Source: Candidatus Nezhaarchaeota archaeon (GTDB taxonomy: Archaea; Thermoproteota; Methanomethylicia; Nezhaarchaeales; WYZ-LMO8). From it: a DNA stretch of 64,000 nt. Of the stretch, positions 58,388-64,000 are shown in pieces. The stretch is from NCBI GenBank assembly GCA_030055465.1, contig JASFYF010000001.1, forward strand, positions 894,581 to 958,580, written 5' to 3'. The notes below the pieces were generated by a model. It searched no databases, was not told the origin of the DNA, and was given only the letters and a program-made list of their open reading frames with translations. Position 1 is the stretch's first letter; each line of letters begins with the position of its first letter. The translations under genes were made by a program, and so were the position numbers.

Positions 58388-59029
58388 TTACGCATTGCGA
58401 GTGGCACCCTTGACATAAATAAGTGCCTCCTTAACCTTAGAGGTTATCTCATCAATTTTGTGGTGGGCTACGCTTATTCCTCTGATGACGCCTGTAACGA
58501 CATCGTAGATCTCACCTAGACTTTCTTCTTTACCAACAGGTGGGCGTACAACGCGTGTTTTAATTCCCCTCTTAGCGAAATCCTCGAAATCCACAGGTGC
58601 TTGACATACTACTACCGTTGGAATGGCTATATACCTCAAGAAAAACCTCGCTTTGTATACCACGTGTTCTTTTATGCTGCCTAAATGTAGGATTGCAAGC
58701 TTGTGCTTGTTGATTTCCAGAACCTCCTCTTCCTCAAGGAAACACACGTTAGCTCCAGGGGCCCCAGCTGAAGGCGAGTCGGGAGCCCCTCCACCCCCTT
58801 TATTCAGCACCAGCACGCTTACATCGATGTTTGCAGCTCTAAGAGCGTAAGTTATTTCGCACACAGGCTTGGTAACGTGCCTTTTGCTGGGAGACATGGC
58901 AATGACTATGACTTCCGGCCTCATGGCTCGGGCTATGGTGCCGCTCTGCGCCAGCCCTCCTCCGGTCTTAAGGGACATGGTTCTCCTACAATTTACTATA
59001 TGTGTTTTTCTTCCAATCCTCAACTCCAT
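58388..59029 (-). CDS. mcrC: methyl-coenzyme M reductase operon protein C
   Basis: THIVNCRRTMSLKTGGGLAQSGT..AMSPSKRHVTKPVCEITYALRAANI..PVDFEDFAKRGIKTRVV..VTGVIRG closely parallels McrC of classical methanogens, as recalled. Confidence 0.85.
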   Translation of the reverse strand: MELRIGRKTHIVNCRRTMSLKTGGGLAQSGTIARAMRPEVIVIAMSPSKRHVTKPVCEITYALRAANIDVSVLVLNKGGGGAPDSPSAGAPGANVCFLEEEEVLEINKHKLAILHLGSIKEHVVYKARFFLRYIAIPTVVVCQAPVDFEDFAKRGIKTRVVRPPVGKEESLGEIYDVVTGVIRGISVAHHKIDEITSKVKEALIYVKGATRNA

Positions 59030-59143
59030 GGTCAGCCACTTTCCCAGTTGTACAACGTTTCGCTCGGTAAGCCCAAACGCTTATGTCTAGGCTCAAATAC
59101 TTGATTCTAGCGCTCCCTATAAATCTCTCACGGGTATCCAGGA

Positions 59144-60676
59144 ATGGAAGAAATAGTAGATGTGATAGTTGATGGAAAGCCTTTGAAGTGTAGAAGGGGC
59201 CTTAGCGTTGGCGAATTGCTTGGGAAACTTGGAGTGGATTGCGGAGAATGCCTGGTCGTGGGTTTAAGCGCTGCTAAAGAGGAACTGCTATCGGAGATTA
59301 GAAGTTACGCCTTCGAAACGCCTAGGGGCACCTTCATACTAGAGGTAGATGAGGACTGCGTAAAGCTCTGGAGGGACCTTCTAAACAATGTTAAGCTTAT
59401 AGGGGTAAAGTGGGCTACCCGTCGAGATGTTGGCTTAGGCACCTTCAGTGCACCCATTATACCCGAAGTTAAGTCTAGGGAATGGAAACCCTGGGACGTG
59501 CTAATCAGCGCTGAAGGACTCCAAGCAGATAACATACATGTAGTGGTCTTAAAGACAAGCCAAGTAGCCACCTACGCCCCCCCGCGTGGAATGGAAAGGT
59601 TGGGAAGGATTTCCAAGGGTAAAGGCATAATATTGAAGCTTCAAGCTGGGGACCCGATTCTATCCATAACTCCAGTTATAGCTTCTCAGCATTTACGCAA
59701 GGTTGCAGTGAAGCTAAGCCCAAGCGACCGCATATCCGAACCCATGGAAGTGCTCACCACGGTCAGAGTGAAGTTGCTTGACGCAGCTCCTGCGGGCAGC
59801 GAACACCTCCTCTCCATTGCGGAGTTGAGTGGAGTCAGGGTGGCCGCAGCGCACTCTACATTCATCAGGGTTGACGAGCTGAGAGGGCTACCCTTGCCGC
59901 TTGAAAACAAATCTCGTAGGGTTCGAGGAGCCGTGACCGTCAAAGTTGATGGTAACCATAGAGGTTCAGTCTACCTATACAAGGAAACATCCCCCTCTTC
60001 ATATCATCACAGTGTTGTTGGTTACGTTGAGGGCGGCATGGAGATAGTAGACTTGGCCTCCTATGGAGATAAGGTAAGGATCGAAACTGAACCTAAAAGG
60101 GTGAACCTGCTGGGCCTAACCCAACTTGAAGCCTCTGAAACCCTGAAATCCATGGGCATACGGCATGAGAGAGCGGGTTCCTCGAACAATGATGATATAG
60201 TAGTTGAGCAAGAACCAGAAATAACATTCCACGTGCTGAGGAGGGGTGAAGCGAAGACTTACGGACTGCCCTCAAAACTAATACTTAAAGTCAAGTTATT
60301 CAGCGACCTTGCCCCCCGAACCACATGGTACTTCAAGGCACTGACAGGTTTACTTAAGAACAAGGTTGGGAAGCTGAGAGTGTACATGGCTGACCCGCTG
60401 GTAGGCTTTGTGCTCTTTGAAGGCAGCAAAGAGAATTTGGGTTTGCTCCTTCCTGAGAATGCGCCACGCGAAAAAGTTGAACCTTTAACTTTAGGCGTCA
60501 CAAACTCCTCCAAGAAATTCGTGGGTTTGGTGGGCGTAAGGTTAACGGGAAGCGACAGGTATGGCCCTACAGGCGAGGATTTCGAGGGAACCAACATTGT
60601 GGGTAAGGTCGTCAATGGCATTGAAGCCTTGAAGGGAGTACGCGAAGGATCAACGGTTTACTTGATGGAGGTATGA
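59144..60676 (+). CDS. methanogenesis marker protein 3 (Mmp3)-like
   Basis: About 510 aa, divergent from mcrC and followed by a marker-6-like gene. The assignment rests on size, context and my recollection of the family. Confidence 0.6.
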   Translation: MEEIVDVIVDGKPLKCRRGLSVGELLGKLGVDCGECLVVGLSAAKEELLSEIRSYAFETPRGTFILEVDEDCVKLWRDLLNNVKLIGVKWATRRDVGLGTFSAPIIPEVKSREWKPWDVLISAEGLQADNIHVVVLKTSQVATYAPPRGMERLGRISKGKGIILKLQAGDPILSITPVIASQHLRKVAVKLSPSDRISEPMEVLTTVRVKLLDAAPAGSEHLLSIAELSGVRVAAAHSTFIRVDELRGLPLPLENKSRRVRGAVTVKVDGNHRGSVYLYKETSPSSYHHSVVGYVEGGMEIVDLASYGDKVRIETEPKRVNLLGLTQLEASETLKSMGIRHERAGSSNNDDIVVEQEPEITFHVLRRGEAKTYGLPSKLILKVKLFSDLAPRTTWYFKALTGLLKNKVGKLRVYMADPLVGFVLFEGSKENLGLLLPENAPREKVEPLTLGVTNSSKKFVGLVGVRLTGSDRYGPTGEDFEGTNIVGKVVNGIEALKGVREGSTVYLMEV

Positions 60677-61117
60677 TTGTTGAAGAAAACGTACATAGCG
60701 GTGATAAACCCTCAGTCCCAGCTAAGCGCGGATGGGCTTCTTGAAGAAGTCCTAAACTTGGGCGTTAACGTCACTGTTAAGTGCACGTGCTTCGGGTTAA
60801 TGGTTGAAGGAGAGGAAGATGAAACAGCTAAGATAATAGGATACCTTAGAAGAAAGCACCCATACGATGTATTCATAAAGCTGAGGGGTTACCCCATAAA
60901 TGATAGGCGAGTCTGCCGTGCATATCGAGGCGGCGGCCAAAGACCTGGATTTCATCAGCTAGATGCCGAATACGAGCTTTTACCAATAATATCAGAGGCG
61001 CTTAGGGATCTTGCCAAGGAGCCAGCAAAGAATCTAAAGCTTCAAAGAGAAGAGAGACCGATAAGCGTTGGAGAATTGAAGGAGGTAGTTGAGGCGGTGT
61101 TGAAAGGTGAAGGTTAA
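60677..61117 (+). CDS. methanogenesis marker protein 6 (Mmp6)-like
   Basis: VTVKCTCFGLMVEGEED..RGYPINDRRVCRAYRGGGQRPGFHQLDAE resembles the Mmp6 pattern as recalled. Its start abuts the mmp3 stop. Confidence 0.55.
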   Translation: MLKKTYIAVINPQSQLSADGLLEEVLNLGVNVTVKCTCFGLMVEGEEDETAKIIGYLRRKHPYDVFIKLRGYPINDRRVCRAYRGGGQRPGFHQLDAEYELLPIISEALRDLAKEPAKNLKLQREERPISVGELKEVVEAVLKGEG

Positions 61118-61670
61118 CATTAAAATGGAGGATGAAGCGGCATCGTTATTTAGAGACCTAATAAATGATCTGATAGTTGACCTTAACATCTCAGGTATTT
61201 TGGACTCAATTGATGTATTTCTAGACCCAAATAAAACATTGTTTGCTATGAGCGTAAAGACCAAACCAGCCCTGAGGAGCATTAGGTTAAGTGATGTAGC
61301 TGAGGTATCGAGCACAAACCATGAATTAAGGGTAAAGATAAACGATGAACGGTTTTCGCCGCTTGTAGTTAAGGTGCTCGAGGAAAAATACGGCGATTCA
61401 GTTAAGCATGTAAGCAGGCTAGAGGTGATCGTCAGTCGTCCTATAAAAGAAGAGGAACTCAAGGATTTGCCCCTTTGCAGCTACGTTGAAGCCTCCGAGG
61501 GCTTACTTATGGACTTCGTGCAGAAAATAGTTCCCGAGGGATTTAGGTCTCTTAAAATTTTGAAGAACGGCAATGCCCTATTAATAATAGCCTCTGAAGA
61601 TCCGTTGACGGAGGACGTCGAAGTTGAAATCGGATCTATCTCTAGTGTTTTTTGCTCTTCCTTCCCTTAG
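61107..61670 (+). CDS. methanogenesis-marker cluster protein, possibly Mmp17-like
   Basis: 187 aa, translationally coupled to the mmp6-like gene (11-nt overlap). Assigned only by size and context. Confidence 0.35.
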   Translation: MKVNIKMEDEAASLFRDLINDLIVDLNISGILDSIDVFLDPNKTLFAMSVKTKPALRSIRLSDVAEVSSTNHELRVKINDERFSPLVVKVLEEKYGDSVKHVSRLEVIVSRPIKEEELKDLPLCSYVEASEGLLMDFVQKIVPEGFRSLKILKNGNALLIIASEDPLTEDVEVEIGSISSVFCSSFP

Positions 61671-62265
61671 CTTCCTCAGCTATCCACGCCCTCATGGCGC
61701 TTTCCTCATCATTCTTTCTGTCAACGCTTAGTTCTTTGCAAGCCCTCTTGAATGCAGATGCAAAACAAAATCCAACTATGGATGATAGGGTATACCTTCC
61801 TTCGTTCTCTTCGAAGGCCCTCTCCACTATATCGTAACCTTCCTCTATTATGCGCGAGAAGGCCTCTAGGAACTCGTGAGACGCCTTATCTATTATGTGA
61901 TCCAAGCCCTCTATGTCTCCATCATAGTATAGCGGTAGCAAAGCCCTTGCGAAAACCTTCTTTATTTTTCTTTCCTCTGCTTCATCTACCTTTACTAGAC
62001 CAGCACTCTCCATTTCATTTAATATATCCTTTATAATGCTGCTGCTAATGCCTGTCACAGCTGATAATATTTCGAGCGATAGGGGACCCTTCGACAGCGC
62101 TTCTAGAATCCTTCGCTTAGCTGGGTCGCTCAGGTGGGAGCATATTAAAGCGCATTGCATCGGATTCTCGAATATCAACATATAACTGCACCCTCGGACC
62201 CCTAATGCCTCCATGACGGATAAAAACTTTCCCTCAACATAAACTTCGAAGAGCATCGTTGACAA
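61642..62265 (-). CDS. winged-HTH (ArsR-like) transcriptional regulator
   Basis: LSDPAKRRILEALSKGPLSLEILSAVTGISSSIIKDILNEMESAGLVKV. Divergently oriented to mcrB. Confidence 0.6.
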   Translation of the reverse strand: MSTMLFEVYVEGKFLSVMEALGVRGCSYMLIFENPMQCALICSHLSDPAKRRILEALSKGPLSLEILSAVTGISSSIIKDILNEMESAGLVKVDEAEERKIKKVFARALLPLYYDGDIEGLDHIIDKASHEFLEAFSRIIEEGYDIVERAFEENEGRYTLSSIVGFCFASAFKRACKELSVDRKNDEESAMRAWIAEEAKGRKSKKH

Positions 62266-62281
62266 CAGTTGAGAGTTGATG

Positions 62282-62374
62282 CTCTAAAAGTCCTAAAATT
62301 TTGTTAAAGCAATTCCATCAAGGTAACATGCAAAAAACTTAAAAACTTACACCATCATATTTTTATGACCTCAT
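62282..62374 (+). promoter_or_regulatory. AT-rich mcrB upstream region with a tandem AAAAACTT repeat
   Basis: AAAATTTTGTTAAAG, AAAAACTT x2 (62333-62348) and ATATTTTTAT lie upstream of the ATG at 62375. No Shine-Dalgarno sequence is visible. Confidence 0.35.
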
Positions 62375-63709
62375 ATGCCTAAGTTTCCGGATAAAGTAGA
62401 TCTCTACGACGATCGCGGTGCGCTTATCGATACTAAGGTTCCCATCGAGGCCTTAAGCCCTCTCTATAACTCCGCCATAAAGAGGATAGTCTCAATAGTA
62501 AAAAGGGCTGTGGCCGTGGATCTCAAGGGTGTTGAGAGAGCTTTAGCAACGGGCGCTGTGGGAGGGCGCGGATGCATAATCAAGGGTCGAGAACTAAAGT
62601 TAAACGTAGTGGCAAACGCCGCAGCAATCGCCGACAAAATTGAGAAGCTCATCAGGGTGAAACCGGGTGACGACACTCAGGTCAAGATTTTGAGAAACGG
62701 TGAAAACCTCCTAGTTATGGCTCCGTCAGCTAGGCTTGAGGCAGGCGTCGAGTACACAACTGCTTTAACAGCGGTGGCCTCGGCTTTATGCTGTGCGTTG
62801 ATAGAGACTTTTAACATATCGATGTGGGATTACGACATGGTTCACGCAGCGGTGTGGGGCAGGTATCCACAATCTGTTGATACCATGGGCGCCAATGTGT
62901 CGATGTTGTTGGCAGTTCCTCAACAAAACGAAGGAATGGGCTACGCCTTAAGGAACATACCTGCCGCGCATATAGCTACAATAACGAGGAAAAATGCCAT
63001 GAATGCCGCCGCGCTAAGCGCAATACTAGAGCAAACGGCAATGTATGAAATGGGTGATGCCATCGGACCCTTCGAGAGATACCAACTCTTGGGCCTGGCT
63101 TATCAAGGGTTAAACGCAAACAACCTAGTCTACGACTTAGTGAGGGAGAACGGTAAGTCAGGTACACTGGGTGATGTGGTTGCATCTACCGTTAAGAGGG
63201 CTGCATCTGATGGAGTGATAAAGCCCCTAAAGAAGCTACCTTCTGGCTACGTCCTCTATGCATCTGATGATATTCCGCTATGGAACGCGTATGCTGCTGC
63301 CGGCCTACTGGCCGGAACCATGGTTACGTGCGGTGCTGCAAGGGCAATGCAACACATAACAAGCGTTCTCGTCTACTACAACGATCTAATAGAAAGGGAA
63401 ACAGGCCTGCCGGGCGTGGACTTCGGCAGGGCCGAAGGTACGGGTATAGAGATGAGCTTCTTCAGCCACTCGATATACGGTGGAGGAAACCCCTGCGTAT
63501 TCCACGGCAACCACATAGTCACGAGGCACAGCAAGGGCTTTGTGATACCTTGCGTGTCAGCTGCAGTAGCCCTTGATGCCGGCACGGTTTACTATGCTCC
63601 AGAGAGGATCAGCGGCGTAGTAGGCGAGGTCTTAGGTGAAATTCCTGAACTTCGCCAGCCCCTCAGATATGTTAACGAAGCGGCTTCCAAGATAAAAGGG
63701 GAGGTGTAA
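62375..63709 (+). CDS. mcrB: methyl-coenzyme M reductase beta subunit
   Basis: Collinear similarity to McrB along the whole length: KVDLYDDRG, RYPQSV..MGAN, LEQTAMYEMGDA, LGLAYQGLNANNLV, WNAYAAAGL, FFSHSIYGGG, NHIVTRHSKGF. Confidence 0.95.
   Translation: MPKFPDKVDLYDDRGALIDTKVPIEALSPLYNSAIKRIVSIVKRAVAVDLKGVERALATGAVGGRGCIIKGRELKLNVVANAAAIADKIEKLIRVKPGDDTQVKILRNGENLLVMAPSARLEAGVEYTTALTAVASALCCALIETFNISMWDYDMVHAAVWGRYPQSVDTMGANVSMLLAVPQQNEGMGYALRNIPAAHIATITRKNAMNAAALSAILEQTAMYEMGDAIGPFERYQLLGLAYQGLNANNLVYDLVRENGKSGTLGDVVASTVKRAASDGVIKPLKKLPSGYVLYASDDIPLWNAYAAAGLLAGTMVTCGAARAMQHITSVLVYYNDLIERETGLPGVDFGRAEGTGIEMSFFSHSIYGGGNPCVFHGNHIVTRHSKGFVIPCVSAAVALDAGTVYYAPERISGVVGEVLGEIPELRQPLRYVNEAASKIKGEV
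63698..63706 (+). promoter_or_regulatory. Shine-Dalgarno sequence for mcrG
   Basis: GGGGAGGTG lies 6 nt upstream of the ATG at 63713, inside the end of mcrB. Confidence 0.5.
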
Positions 63710-63712
63710 ATC

Positions 63713-64000
63713 ATGTCCGAACTCACATATAAACCTCAATACTACCCCGGTTCGAGCATTGTGGCCAAGAACAGGAGGAAATACTTGGATCCGAACTACC
63801 AGCTTCGAAAGCTGAGAAGCATAAGCGATGAAGATATAGTTAGGCTCCTCGGGCATAGAGCACCTGGAGAAGCGTACAAGACGGTTCATCCTCCACTCGA
63901 GGAGATGGGTGAGCCCGACTGCCCGATAAGGAAGCTGGTTGAACCAACACCTGGAGCTAAGGCGGGCGACAGGATAAGGTACATACAGTTCACGGATTCC
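63713..64000 (+). CDS. mcrG: methyl-coenzyme M reductase gamma subunit (3' truncated by the window end)
   Basis: [66 protein letters not shown] matches the McrG N-terminus. Not in the ORF track because no stop lies in the window. Confidence 0.9.
   Translation, partial: MSELTYKPQYYPGSSIVAKNRRKYLDPNYQLRKLRSISDEDIVRLLGHRAPGEAYKTVHPPLEEMGEPDCPIRKLVEPTPGAKAGDRIRYIQFTDS

Noticed and set aside
1-64000. A search for CRISPR arrays, transposases, integrases, toxin-antitoxin pairs or defence-island-like clusters.
   Set aside because: I saw no direct-repeat/spacer periodicity and no recombinase or transposase motifs. The only PIN protein is the conserved housekeeping one next to aIF2-gamma. The window looks like core chromosome.

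Overview
This is a gene-dense archaeal chromosomal segment with about 78 protein genes and 3 tRNA genes, two of which contain introns. I saw no rRNA, CRISPR array, transposase or integrase.

Most genes are housekeeping:
- Translation and transcription: aIF5B, aIF2 gamma and beta, aIF1A, S6e, S24e, Rpo7, Spt4, EF-1beta, HisRS, MetRS, Pth2.
- tRNA and rRNA maturation: Kae1, Bud32, Trm5, TruD, an MtaB-like enzyme, an EndA-family subunit, Rio1, a KH protein, NMD3.
- Replication and proteostasis: FEN1, CDC48.
- Lipid and isoprenoid metabolism: geranylgeranyl reductase and the archaeal mevalonate genes AcnX large and small plus a UbiD-type decarboxylase.
- SAM-cycle genes: MTAP, AhcY, MetE-like, CGS-like.
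- A scattered A-type ATPase locus with subunits E, H, I and K only.

The 3' end carries methyl-coenzyme M reductase genes. mcrB is followed after 3 nt by mcrG, and the window ends inside mcrG. Next to them are an HTH regulator, mcrC and methanogenesis-marker genes, so the organism is an MCR-containing archaeon. The gene organisation looks non-classical and Thermoproteota/TACK-like; that assignment is inference.

The most interesting observation is that aIF2-gamma is split into two frames by a 32-nt insert (2441-2472). The insert folds as a textbook bulge-helix-bulge splicing motif, and removing it exactly restores the conserved DxPGHExLMATML motif. It is therefore a candidate mRNA intron in an essential translation factor.

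Other points:
- aIF5B has a frame break at the window edge.
- The EndA-family subunit lacks the catalytic His.
- The cytosolic domain of ATPase subunit I is internally duplicated.
- Unknown membrane proteins lie between atpI and atpK.
- The two AAA modules of CDC48 share perfect nucleotide repeats.
- A 519-bp non-coding region has long-range complementarity.
- A Zn-ribbon gene upstream of EF-1beta is missing from the ORF track.

All calls rest on reading the translations and sequence by eye. No database search was run.
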